From the NCBI RefSeq assembly GCF_006345805.1, contig NC_043005.1, forward strand, positions 66,588,001 through 66,652,000: 64,000 nt of DNA, given 5' to 3'. The stretch is from Octopus sinensis. Taxonomy: Eukaryota. The notes under the pieces are model-generated. The model was given only the letters and a program-made list of their open reading frames with translations, was not told the origin of the DNA and did no database searches. Within the stretch, counting starts at the first letter, position 1; each line of letters begins with the position of its first letter. Of this stretch, positions 41,910-55,184 are shown piece after piece. Made by a program: the position numbers and the translations under genes.

Positions 41910-43101
41910 GTAAGTATGATTAGATATGCGTCTCTTGACAAAATGTTGCGTTGCTCCAACGTAAAAAAAAAAATGCTTTTATCTTCAGAATTCACTTAAC
42001 GCCTGTAAAAAATATTTTTTGTTTACAATAATTTTTAAATAAACATTTACTTCTAGCCTTGGAATCACAAAATGTACTTTCATTACTAATCTTATTATTC
42101 TTCTGTCTTATATCATTACATTCAATATGATTGCTATTTGCACTGTCACCTACATTCAAGAGGTTGAGATGGAATGTAATATGGGTTGTTTCCCCTTGTA
42201 CACTGGACGACTCAAGAGCACATTTCTTATTAACATTTGCTTTAAGAGCATTACCATTGTTACGTTTACTTCGGTTATAATTATTATAAAAGTTAGAAAA
42301 TGTTTTTTGTTAATTGCAGATATAATCTATGACAAGTTATTTGATACACAAAAAATAATTTTAAGAAACCTAAGGTTAATAATATCATAGTATCTACTTT
42401 CCTTTGTAAAGTGTTTAGAAAAAGTTCGTATAACGCCCCGACCAAATTTGCATAGCGAATGGAATTATAAATCACAATAATCTCGTTCTTATCAGGATGT
42501 GCTCCATATTTTTCAAATTTTCGAACACTATTAAATAGGTAACGGGTTTGTGTTTTCTTTAACCCTATTATTCATATTCCTAATCGTATGAAGACAATTA
42601 GAAAAACGAAGTAATGCATTGGTTCTCATATTTTGTATATAATTTTTCTCATTTGGATATTTAACCTCACTTATCTTATCCTTATTCCTATTCCTGACAG
42701 TTTGTTTAAAATCTTTTCTAACATGAAAAACATCCATATTGTTAGAGATACTGATATTCTCATTTTTAGGATAATATTTCAATATTTCGCCATACCCAGC
42801 TTTGCTGAATGCCGCATTATAATAGTCAACATTTTTGTCAATAATGTCCTTATAAGACGATAAATAGGACGATTATTAGGTTAATTTAAATTAGCATCTA
42901 CTAAGATTTTAGAAGTAATTAACAGAAGAAAATATAATAAAAATAGAAAAAACTAAGTTAAAGTAGTATTAGAGAGAGTAAAATCCAAATTCATAGAATT
43001 AATTGTGATAAAAGCCAGTATGAAAAATAGTTGTAGTAATTTTGTTGTCAGCAAACTCTCTCCTTCTCTCTCCTCTCTCTCTCTCTCTCTCTATATATAT
43101 A

Positions 43102-43202
<101 letters not shown>

Positions 43203-43219
43203 GTAGTATTTGTATCCCT

Positions 43220-43345
43220 GAAGACGGCGACCGAGCAGGATCGTCACCGCGTCGGGCAAAATGCTTAGCGGCATTTCGTCTGTCTTTATGTTCTGAGTTC
43301 GAATTCCACGGAAGTCAACGTTTTGTTTCATTCTTTCGGGGCTAA
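43220..43345 (+). mobile_element. SINE fragment ('aggcggcgagctggcagaa' family)
   Basis: Contains gggcaaaatgcttagcggcatttcgtctgtctttatgttctgagttcgaattcc. Confidence 0.85.
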
Positions 43346-43689
43346 CGTACTGTTAAATCATAATAGTTGTAGTCAGAAATAGTGTAATTTTTGTAATTAC
43401 ACTCGTTAGGCAGTTGTCTATAAAAAGAAAAAAGGCGGGAGGTCTTGTGTGCAGCCCTATATAACATTTTGTGTATAAATGAATAAGTGTGTAGTAAGAT
43501 ACACGAGTAAGAATATTGCTGGATATATTTCGTTCATTTGTTATTGGTCAGTCTCCGTATTGCATAGCGTACATGTAAATTAGGCAACTGTCATGCCACT
43601 GTGATTAGATTAACAAATATGAAGAATCTGTACATATGATATTCTGTATATACACCACAAAGGATTGGGCTGTAGTAAAAAAAAAATAA

Positions 43690-43936
43690 TAAATGCGCCG
43701 TTTTAAAGCCTCGCCAGGCTCATGGGCCCAGTTTCGTGGTTTCAATGGCGTATGTGTTCCCCAGCTGGACAAGACGCCAGTCCATCGCAGCTCATTTTTG
43801 CCAGCTGAGTGGACTGGAGCAACATGAAATGAAGTGTTTTGCTCACGAACACAACGCGTCGCCCAGTCCAGGAATCGAAACCACAATCTTACGATCATGA
43901 TGCTGACACCCCAATCACTAAGCCACGCGCCTCCGC
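43690..43936 (-). mobile_element. tRNA-derived SINE
   Basis: Close paralogue of 14738-14985, with A- and B-boxes on the minus strand. Confidence 0.92.
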
Positions 43937-44254
43937 TTGGGCTAGAGTAGTGCTTCATTATTCTAAATGTACACTGTAAATAGGTTACGATAATACTGCG
44001 TATCTAGTAAAATCACTGTCCCCTCATAAAGTATTCGTATGTAACTGTAACTGGAGTGTAGATGAATTTTTGGGGAGGTAGTATTCTGCTGCTTTATCAT
44101 TAAAAATATATGATCAAGTGTATGCGTGGGTGTAGGATTAAGAATTGTTGGAAAATGGGAATGATATATAAACATATTTGGTAGTGGGTCTTGTGCGTTG
44201 ATGTATGCTGTTGATTCTTCATTGTTGCATTTTAAAGCATTCTTTTCTACTCTA

Positions 44255-44597
44255 GGCACAAGGCTCGAAAATTTGGGGGAGGGGGCCAGTCGATTAGAAC
44301 GACTCCAGTACGCAACTGGTAATTAATTTATCGACCCCGAAAGGATAAAAGGCAAAGTCGACCTCGGCGGTATTTGAACTCAGAACGTAAAGACAGACGA
44401 AATACCTATTTCTTTACCGCTCACAATGGGCTAAACATAGAGAGGACAAACAAGTACAGACAAACGGATAAAGTCGATTATATCGACCCCAGTAACTGGT
44501 ACTTATTTAATCGACCCCGAAAGGATAAAAGGCAAAGTCGACCTCAGCGGAATTTGAACTCAGAACGTAGCGGCAGACAAAATACCACTAAGCATTT
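44255..44597 (-). mobile_element. Dimeric SINE
   Basis: Two copies of atcgaccccgaaaggataaaaggcaaagtcgacctc are separated by the ggacaaacaag..acagacaaacgg spacer. Confidence 0.88.
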
Positions 44598-45468
44598 CTT
44601 AGTTTATAAATTTTGACTGTTAGTAGTTCTAACTCATATATAGGTAGGCTAGAAAGGAAGGTTTCTCCTTTGTTATAAATGATAATCAGTAAACCAGCAT
44701 TCAAAAAATTTTCGTTTTGTACAGATTGCTCTATCCACATCCGCCAATTATTTATTTATTCATCCATTTTGTTTCGAAGATACTCCAGTTTACATCTGGA
44801 TTAATCCTACTGCAGTCCAACAGGCTTCATTCAGTTATTTTCTGTTTCGAAAGGACGACTTTGTTGTGTAAATAATCCTTTGAATGCATTGCCTGTTAAT
44901 CTAATCTAAGTTTTTAGTGTACCATCGATATCGGGAAAGATGGGTTTGCACATCTGCAATTCCTCGAGGCACTTCTGTTTAGTGACAGTGGTTGGGGTTT
45001 TAAAGTTACAAAATGTACTAATGTGTTTGCATCTAAGTATATGCAAACTGTGTAGAAGAGGCAACTATAACTAACTTTTACAGTGCTGCAATTGAATATT
45101 TTATGACATTTGGTGGTGGGAGGTAGATATTGATGAGAGTGAGAAGTCGTCTAGCTACATTATTAGTTCAGTCATATTACATGTGCGGGTACATGTGAGT
45201 GTCTGTGCGTGTGTGTGTATGTGTGTGTGAATGTGAAAGTGTGTTTGTCTGTGTGTGTGTGCGTGTGTGTAATATGTACTGACATAAACGCAATTGTAGA
45301 TTCAAGCGTGCTTAAACGGGTATTTTGCATGTAGACACAAAATAGCAAATACAGGTGAAATTTTAAAAACATCCATGAATATATTGTCTTATAACTTTCG
45401 TTAAACAACCAATAAGGACATGTAACCATTATTATTGAATAATGTTCAAGACATTGCAGGAATATATA

Positions 45469-45527
<59 letters not shown>

Positions 45528-46589
45528 CATATGTATATATATTTGCTTTTCTGAACAGAGAAAACAGTCATTTAATTGAATCTTGTAGCTCATTGTAATA
45601 ATCTTTGATATTTAGTAGACATTTTGTAGTCTTAGAGTAGATATTAAATGATTTATAGTTTTCTAATTACATTACACCTCTCCCAAATTGTAATCGTGGT
45701 GAATATAGTCTTTGTCTAGATTCTGTGTTATATTCTAAAGTCGCATCTAACGTCGCTTGTGTTCTCTTTTAAAGGCAATATTTTTGTCATAAAATTAATG
45801 TTCTTCTACTTTCCCAGCTACAGTGCGAAAAGATTAATAATAAGAAATGTTAAGGTCAACCTAGGAATAAAACGTTGTTTAGTCTCCGTTTAGCGCCAAC
45901 TGGAGATAATTGCCTGAAGTAGAAAGTTATGATTCAACAAGAATTATATTTTAAGGATCGCTCGTCTGCTGTATAATCAATGAAATTACTACTTGGCTTG
46001 TCGTACGAAATATTTTATGCAATGAATTTACATGCTCGCGTCGTCGATGGCATTTAATCTTCTTGATGTATCATCAGAATCTCCATGGAAAAATATGATT
46101 TACAGTAATAAACAAAAATTACGTAATATTATACGACTTTGACTCTGGGTCTGCCGGACAAGGGGCTACCTAAGGTCAAAAACATTTCCCTGCTAAAGGA
46201 AGAAAATTAGATTAAGATTGAATTAAAAATTATCTCTATGAGATTTTTATATTATTCCTGAATTTAAGTAACAAAAAATTTAACGAAAATTCATACAAAG
46301 GAGAATACTGAATAATATTAAAAATGAAATAATAGGAAAACAGAAGATAAAAATCAATAATGCATTATTACGTAAGTCTATTCAAGCCATCTATTTGAAA
46401 TTGTATTACCACTGGAGTCTATTGAGAACGTAATGCAAAGCTTCACAAGTACTTAAGCAGGAACATTCATACGGAAGTTGTTAATTATGTGCATATAATA
46501 AGATTAACTTTCATATAGTTCTGCAAAATAAAGAAATGAATATATAAATCGATACAGACAGACAGAGATAGAGAAATAGTTAGATACAA

Positions 46590-46623
<34 letters not shown>

Positions 46624-47167
46624 ATATAAATATATATATGTGTGTGTGTGTGTGTGTATGTATTGAGAGACAACAAAAGAAAATACATAGCATAGACATT
46701 CTTCTTATTGCTTTGTGCCGTTGGAGAATTCTTGATTCCTCACATAATCGCCTGCTCCTTTTCGGAGCTGTTACACGTTTCCACTCAGTCGACGGTCTAT
46801 CTACTTTAAAAGCGGATACAATTTCACTAAATCTAGAATTTATCTTCAGTGTTATTTAATATAACCTTACTCGTCCTTTGTTGATCAAATACAAGCCACT
46901 GGCCACTTGTAGTTATTCTCTTAACTTATTTCCGTGTTATATATCTATATGTCTGTGCATCCATATGCACACACATGTCTGAATGCAATATGATTATATG
47001 CATGTACATACAGACACACACACACATATATATATATCTATATCTACACATACACACACAAGCATATATACAAGTATATATACATACATGTATACATATA
47101 TGTATAAATATATATATATATATATATATTTATACACACACACATACATATGCATACCATTACTGTA

Positions 47168-47174
47168 TGTGTGT

Positions 47175-47268
<94 letters not shown>
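47168..47268. repeat. (TG)n microsatellite
   Basis: Direct reading. Confidence 0.98.
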
Positions 47269-47270
<2 letters not shown>

Positions 47271-47952
47271 CATATTGTGCCTATAAATATGAAGATATTG
47301 CAGAAATGGACACTCAGTTTCTAAAAGCAGATAAGTACCTCGAGCAGAAAGAAAATTATTGAAAATTTCGACTAAAAGGGAATAAATGTTTCTTATATTA
47401 TGGAATCGAGTGATGTATAATGATTGAGACGAATGGAATGTGCTAATATATGTATTCATTCTTAACCTAATCATAGACATCACACCTGCTTCAGCTAGAC
47501 GGATCGGAGACATGTGAATGAACAAGACTTCTATATTCACCATATTCAGAGAAAATTGGCTACTTTATGTTAAATTCTCTATGAACAGAGTCACTTTGTT
47601 GCTATAGAACTGCAGAAAATTTAATGTGCATCGGGGATCTAACTTACTCGCCTAATATATCAAAGTAATTAATAATAATCAAATACATTGGAGTGAGAAA
47701 TTTTGAAATTACGTTACTAGAAGTCTGACAGCGGAGTATTTTAGTAGTAGTTGAAACAGTAGATAACACAAATTTTAACTGTAACAGTGTGTTTTTATAG
47801 TAAAACCTAAAAATATATCAAGTAAATATGTAACGTGTTGGGTATGTATGAGAATTTGTTGAAACATTAACTATTATGTATCGAAGAGAGTATTTCTATA
47901 TCTGTTACTAAATACCTCCTTCAAAACATACGTACACATATACACACACGGA

Positions 47953-47988
<36 letters not shown>

Positions 47989-48139
47989 AAGTAAACAAAT
48001 GAATTATCTTATTACGGATAATTCGAAAGATAACCGATACCTGGGTAGCAAACTCACAACGGAAAAAGCACGGTTGAAGTTACGACCATAGGGCATAAAC
48101 TCCGTGCCTTAGTGCGGAAGTTTGAAGTTTAATTTAATA

Positions 48140-48308
48140 TATTAAGTATAGGAAAGAATGGAGCTGAACGAAGATTTAACAAAATTCCTTTATTTTATTT
48201 TCGACATATGTTTCGAAGGATTTTGCAGACTTCAAAACATATGTCGAAAATAAAATAAGGGAATTTTGTTAAATCTTCGTTCAGCTCCATTCTTTCCTAT
48301 ACTTAATA
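48140..48308. repeat. 79-bp-arm inverted repeat with an 11-nt loop
   Basis: Arms at 48140-48218 and 48230-48308, with 2 mismatches. Confidence 0.97.
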
Positions 48309-48311
48309 CTC

Positions 48312-48802
48312 CGTCTGTTTTTTTTTTTTTAATCTCCTTCAGTTGATGTGTAACAAACCTATCCGTTTTCTTGACTTTTCCAATTTTTTACAGGTGTCCA
48401 AAAAGAGTTGCGTGAGATGTTTGGAGTTCTGATGAAAATTTTCGAACCTTTGTTCTCGGATTTTGTTCAACTAAAGCATTTTATCTTGAACGGGAGCTTT
48501 GGAGCCATGTCTGCACAGTTCCGATGTCAACAAAACCAACACCAAAGGCCCGCTTGATAGTCCATAGAGGTTCTGCGGCAGATTGACCCAGTCTATACTC
48601 ATACGAGAAAATCACTCAGGATAGTTTGGTTGTTATTATTTTCAAAATGTCTGTCGCTACAAATTTTGTATACCAATATTGTTGGGAAATAAAAGAAGTT
48701 AAGATTAAATGCAAAGTATACATAATTGAGTTTTTAAATGACTGAAATAAAAAGTAATTAAAATTGTGACATTTCATGTGAAATAACCTAATATACTTAT
48801 AA

Positions 48803-48888
<86 letters not shown>

Positions 48889-48891
48889 ATG

Positions 48892-48924
<33 letters not shown>

Positions 48925-48945
48925 ATATATGTATATATATATGTA

Positions 48946-48991
<46 letters not shown>

Positions 48992-49830
48992 GACATGTGC
49001 AGACATGGCTCCAAAGCTCCCGTTCAAGATAAAATGCTTTAGTTGAACAAAATTCGAGAACAAAGGTTCGAAAATTTTCATCAGAACTCCAAACATCTCA
49101 CGCAACTCTTTTTGGACACCTGTAAAAAATTGGAAAAGTCAAGAAAACGGATAGGTTTGTTACACATCAACTGAAGGAGATTAAAAAAAAAAAAAAACAG
49201 ACGCCTCGAAGTGTGCTCCTTATTGCTTTCTCGACTGGAAAAAGACAATATTTGCATGAAATCATTACTTTTGATGAGAAATCCACACTTTTTGACAACA
49301 GTTAGAGAAGAGGACAGCAATTAGATGCAAGAGGGTAATCTAAACACTACCCAAACCCACCATTGCACCCTAAAAAGTTAGTGGTAACTATATGGTAGTC
49401 TGCGAAGGGAGTTATTTATTATTCATTTTTGCAACGAGGAAAAAGGGTAACAGCAAAGTCGTATTGCTAGAAAATTGATTGTATACTTGAGAATTTGAAG
49501 AAAGAAGCAATCCAGACTAGTGAATAGTTAATTTTGCTCCATTGTCCTCACACTCCCCAAATTACGGTCCAAAAGCTGCAGAGCCGGAATTATAAGATTT
49601 TGCAACATCCTCCCTATTCCCCTGATATGTCTCTTACTGATCACTTATTTAAGCATTTTCAGCTTTTCATAAGCAATACGGCATTCTTAAATAGAGAAGA
49701 GGTAATTGAAGCATTCGGACAGTTTATCATAGCGAAAGAGGAATCTTTTTTTTAAGATGGTATATATGACACAGACTTCATAAAGGAATATGGATCATAC
49801 GTTGATTAAATAAATCAGTTCTCACACTTC
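48312..49830. mobile_element. Rearranged mariner (DD34D): 5' part inverted (minus, about 48795-48312), 3' part on plus (48996-49830)
   Basis: Minus strand has a TIR-like tattaggttatttcac and IFSYEYRLGQSAAE..TVQTW. Plus strand has IITFDEK, LHPKK..VTIW and HPPYSPDMSLTD. About 206 bp is present in both orientations. Confidence 0.9.
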
Positions 49831-49868
49831 TGAAACACATTTTATTGTTACACACACACACACACACA

Positions 49869-49903
<35 letters not shown>

Positions 49904-49957
49904 GGGAGATGTAGTTGCTTAGCAAGTGATTTGATCTGAGATCGTGTGCTGAAACGA

Positions 49958-50101
49958 AAACAATTGCAGCGTGGAAGGTGTTTGTAAGCCATTTAAGAAA
50001 CACACAAAAGCCGTTCGATTCACTTAAATGTTGAAGTGAATCGAACGGCTTTTGTGTGTTTCTTAAATGGCTTACAAACACCTTCCACGCTGCAATTGTT
50101 T
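49958..50101. repeat. Perfect 68-bp-arm inverted repeat with an 8-nt loop
   Basis: Arms at 49958-50025 and 50034-50101 are exact reverse complements. Confidence 0.97.
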
Positions 50102-50559
50102 ATATATATATATATATATATATGACTCTGTAATTCTTTCATTCTTTCTTTCTGTCTATCAGACCCTTCACGCTTACTTCGTTCTTTCCACTCATCTTTC
50201 TTTCGTTTCCCTCTCTCCTGGTCTTCTCTTTATTCTCACCTTCCCCCCACTTTCACTTCAATCCCTCTGTCTCTACTTCTCTCCTCTCCCTCCACGTGAA
50301 CGGTGTTCAGCCCAAGCCTAACCTTTCTTTCTCCTACGACTACCATCCGTGCATCATGTATATTCCTCCTCATGCCTGTCATCTCTTATGTCCCTGCCGT
50401 GTGAATTGAAAGTACGTACGCCCGAACGCACACGCCCCCCACATATATATACACATATACACACAGAAAACATATGCGTGCGGGCGCACACGAACATACA
50501 AGCACACATATAATCACACGAATACACACATATATTCTTTTATTCTCTTTCTCTTTTAC

Positions 50560-50915
50560 TTGATTCAGTCATCTCACTGTGGCCATGCTTGAGCACCGCC
50601 TTGATAAATGTTATATAAACATATAACATTTATATATATGTTATGTGACCGATACTATTTTGAAAGCAAAAGCGTTTAATATCTAAGCTTAGTAATTACT
50701 CCATCGGTCTCTTTTGCCGAACTGATATGTTACAGCGACGTAAAAACACCAACGTCGGTTTTCAAGCGATGGTGGATATATTTATATAGATTTGACTGAC
50801 TTCTTTCAGGTTCCATCTACCAAATCCACTTTGGTCGGCCCGATGCTATAATAAAACACACTCGCCCAAGGTGTGGTGTCACGCAGGGGCAATGGACTCA
50901 AAACCATGTGGTTGA
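50560..50915 (-). mobile_element. SINE remnant (same family as 28670-29020)
   Basis: Contains catctaccaaatccactttggtcggcccgatgctata..gcccaaggtg..aaccatgtggttg. Confidence 0.7.
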
Positions 50916-52094
50916 GATGTGTATACATGAATGGTGAACATGTATATCCATACATGTATATATATGTGCACGTGAACTGAAGGTGATGTTGTTTGAAATA
51001 GTTGCATGTTGTCTGTCTGTGTATCTCTGTTAACTTCAAAAATTCCTACTAACTTATATAGCGTCACATACTATATCTATACGCAAGGATGAGGAAAATT
51101 TATGGCATTAATAACTTTACCTGGCAAATGTCCGTCGTAAATAGAGTAAAATACTTTACTGAGAAGAAAGGAATTCAGATGAAATATTTTACTTTCTGGG
51201 TGGCTGTTATTTTCTAAAAGGGTCGATACTCTTCAATGATGATTTATATCGAAGATACAAACTATAGAATTGACAGTGTAGAAGGTTTAATCAGTTTTAT
51301 CCTTTATACCGTTCTCTAAAACGCAGCAATAAATATCAACTTGATATATTCTAATACTGCAACAATCGAAGTGAGGAAAAAGTTCTTGCGGTTTCCAGCA
51401 CTTAAAATACAGCCATACTAGAGCACTATTAAATTAGGATATAACAGGCTATAATTTAAAAACGGATGACACACATTCACATATATAAGCATATATTTAT
51501 GTAGATATGCGTTTGTGAGTATACACACATACATATCCACACACATGCACATATATACACATGCATGAGTATACACAAACAGAAACATGCGCCCGCACGC
51601 GCACACGTATATACATGTATGGATATACATGTGCATACGTGTATACTTTCATTTATATATATTTACATGTTATGTATGTATTATCTTTTCTGTTTTCGAG
51701 TCTTTGAAGAAGGAACTGGTTTCTAACAAAGATACAAACCCTTTGGAATGTCTTTGGAATGTCGATAACGAAAACAACGTCACATTTTAAACGTGAGAAA
51801 CGTCTTGCATAGTTTTGCTGTTCTGCTTAAAGACTGTATCTGTAAATGCAAGTCGGCTAATTTTTTTTTCTGAAAATCCAAGCTTATCTAGACTGACAGT
51901 TAGGCATTTACTAACAAGATCAGAAGCACTAATGTATGTATTCATATAGTGTTTTGCGATGTGTTGTCAGTGCGATTAGTGTTGCAGAAAAAAAAAAGAC
52001 AAGATGCCATGCTGTACTTCTTTCTAGTTTTGCGTTCTTGGTAAAAATTTAAAAAGTTTTGCATTTTAGCCACCAATAATTAATGTAATAAGCA

Positions 52095-52290
52095 CCTTTC
52101 CACTATTGGCGCAAGGCCTGCAATTTGGGCGGGATTAGTGGCTTACATAGACCCTATTTGTCAAGTGGTTTCCATTTGATCGACTCTGAAGGAATGAATA
52201 ACAAACACGGCCTTGGTGGAATTTTAACTCCCAACGTAAAACCCGAAGAAATAGGGCCTTAGTACTTGATTCTGCCGGCTTGCCACACTA
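52095..52290 (-). mobile_element. Diverged SINE ('aggcggcgagctggcagaa' family)
   Basis: Contains gcgcaaggcctgcaatttgg..atcgactctgaaggaatg..ggaattttaactc..ttctgccggcttgcc. Confidence 0.7.
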
Positions 52291-52679
52291 GACTGATATA
52301 ATAATATATATGATAAATAGAGGAGACAATTTCCTATTCTCTGACTTTCTTTCTCACTCTTTCTCTGTTACACTCACATACATACATAATGCACACACAC
52401 AAACCAACATACACACATATATATATGCATATATGAGCGTATTTGAATATATGTACAATGTATATACAGTATACGTGTGTCTGTGTGTGTGAGTGCTTGT
52501 GTGCATGCCTTATATGTCTATGTGTGTGTGTATACACATATACATATACATACGTATATTTTCAGAAAGACAAATGCATATATACATATTCATATATATT
52601 TATAAACATGCACAAATATGATTCGTTGACCGTGCCTCTCCTCTCTCTTCCCGCACCCGCCCCAAATTTACCCGCCTCT

Positions 52680-52845
52680 CTTTTATACCACATACCATCC
52701 CTTCATCCTACCCCTCGAACGCACCCTTCTCGGAGCCTTCTGTCGACTCCAGTCCAACCCCTCCACCTCTCACATCTTCCCTAACCCACCACTTCTCTGT
52801 TTTAACGCATCCATAACCTGCGTGACCTTCTGGTCTGCAGTGTTT
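52680..52845 (+). mobile_element. Penelope-like linker fragment, paralogous to 4684-4835
   Basis: Reads LPLERTLLGAFCRLQSNPSTSHIFPNPP..HNLRDLLV. Confidence 0.8.
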
Positions 52846-52914
52846 TGCTTACTCCTGGCACCCTACCTGCCCGTGCCCACAATGGTGGTACGAGGCCAAA
52901 GAAAATATCGTTTT

Positions 52915-54000
52915 AATAAGGAAGACATATTGCCCTGTGTAGTGCAACTGCAACAAGAGTTGCAACAACAACAGCAGCTACAACAGAAACAACAGCAAAA
53001 CCAAAAATTGCTGGAGTTAATTTTGAAGAAGTCTGAAAATACTTCAGCTTCTTACTCACCAGACAGTGTAGCAAATTCCATTGAAGAATTCAGCTATAAA
53101 CCAGAAGAGATTACCTTCTATGCATAATTTCGAAGATATGTAGGAATCTTCAAAGAAGAATGTAAAAATTGGAGTACGACTACTTTTATCCTCTACCAAA
53201 TACGAAAAATAGCGTAATTGTATTCTGCCGAAGAAGCTAGGTGAGACTTGTTTCAATGAAACAATTATTTTTTTATGGACAATTTTCAGTGAAAAAAGTT
53301 CCTTGTTCAAAACTCGCTGGCAATATCTACTTTTGGTCAAAAAATGATGACAATTTCGTTACCTATATTCAAGGTGTTATGAGTGTGAAAAAATCAAATT
53401 AAATGAATTAACCCCAGACATGTTCAAATGTATAATTTTTGTTCAAGGGCAAACTGCAAGCAACGATGCAGATAAACGTTCCCGGGTATTTACAAAATAA
53501 GAACAGAACCAAAAATTAACTCTACTGACAGTAGCAGAAGAAATTCAGCGGATTATAAATCTAAGACATGACACAGATAAAACTGAAGAAAAAGATTGCT
53601 CTCATATTCATGCGTGTCGACCGGTAACGGATAAGTAAAAAGAAAAAAAAATGTCAAGACAGAATCACATTCTGAAGGTAACAGTCTGTTTAAAAATATA
53701 TAAGGATTCAAGTGTGGTAATGTAGGTCATAAAAATGTCACTGTAAAGCAAAATCTGTAAAACGATTCAACAGCAAAAATCACGTAAAGCGCTTATCAGT
53801 GACAAGAAATATGACCGAGCCTCAAAGGAAATTTGTGTATGTAAAATTGATAAAAAAAAAAAAAAGATACGCGCAGTGATATCTCAATAACTAACACGGA
53901 TATATGGGGAAAAAATCGGGACATCTAGATTAAAAAAAATACATTTTAAAAGCGAATTAACAAGAGACGTTACTTTTCGTGGAAAACCTTAAAAGCTGAA
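52915..54000 (+). mobile_element. Ty3/gypsy gag remnant (Zn-knuckle and protease traces)
   Basis: Reads QQQ..ENTSASYSPDSVANSIEEFSYKPEEITFYA*FRRY, then SLFKTRWQ, ELTPDMFKCIIFVQG, TVAEEIQRIINLRHD and FKCGNVGH. Confidence 0.85.
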
Positions 54001-55157
54001 GGTTTTTGAATGATATGACAAATTTATTCTGAACAGACTGAATGGAATTATTTAATTTAAGGGACCTTCCCATAAATCTCTTCTGTAAAAATGTGAATGG
54101 TTATTCCACCAGTACTAAGTCATCAGACAAATTATATAAAAAAAAAAGAAAAGAAAAATTAAAAACAGATTTTTGCTGAAGTTCTGTATTCACAGATTAG
54201 TTGTAGTCGAGAAACACTATGAGTTTCATTTGTGATAATTCCATCACTTGCATATAAGTTAAATGTTTCGATATAGAGTTATTATAAATGGTCTGGGGTA
54301 ATTTTTAGACATTCAGCTGCTATGTTTTGTAGGTTCAACGACCTTGTGTCAGCTTCCTATCAAACCATATTGCCTGGAAACATTCATCTCCTCCCAGCTC
54401 CCTATATCTAACTCTTTCCATTTCGTATTTTCAGATATGATAATTGTTTGCCTCTAGGCATAATGTTTTGATGTGTCATAATTATAGTTATATTTCACTT
54501 GTCTTTTGGCTTACAATGCACAATGCTACTTTCCAATTTAATATTAAGACTTCAAAGATAAGATTAAATAAGAAATCTATATCAATTTTCTAACTACAAT
54601 AGGATAAATCAGTGAGATGTCAAGATCTTTTGACAAAAATTTAGCTTACAATATTGTGTGATCTCCCTATCGATTACGTATAGGTTACTATCTTGACGAA
54701 CGTCTTAGGTTGATAAACTAAGTTCAAGCAGAACAGGCCACGCTGAAGCTACGTAGTTTCCAACACCTCCGATACCTATGTAAAATATTAATACTAGTAT
54801 TTACAAGTATTTAACTAACGTTATACTAAAAAAAAAAACAGTATATTTAGGACTATGCAAAAAATTTCAGACACGCAAGTATCCGGAGATCTATTCAGCA
54901 TAAATTCATGGCAGCATTTCTCGTTTCTGTAAAGAAAAAGAGTCTCTGCTTCATTGATATATAAACGAGATGTATTTAGAAAACGCAAAGTATAAACAAG
55001 TTTTAGATGTTTGAAGATGCAGCATGTATTGACGTCATATAATTTAAACTAATAAGATTTTTGTTCGTCAAGTTGTATTTTTTTATAAAGTATTGCTCCA
55101 AGCATTAGCTATTTAACTTCCCTGCTATGTCCTTCATTAATTTCATTTCTGTTCCAG

Positions 55158-55184
55158 AAACAGCGTGCAAATTCTAATATAGAG
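55158..55184 (+). CDS. Candidate 27-nt symmetric micro-exon (KQRANSNIE)
   Basis: Acceptor ttcatttctgttccAG, donor AG|GTATGT, length divisible by 3 and an open frame. Confidence 0.3.

Noticed and set aside
42100-42860. Several overlapping AT-rich ORFs, possibly an old LINE end
   Set aside because: No diagnostic motif could be confirmed by eye.
45084-45122. 39-nt exon-like segment (AAIEYFMTFGGG)
   Set aside because: The donor GTAGAT is weak and the phase is incompatible with the other + candidates.
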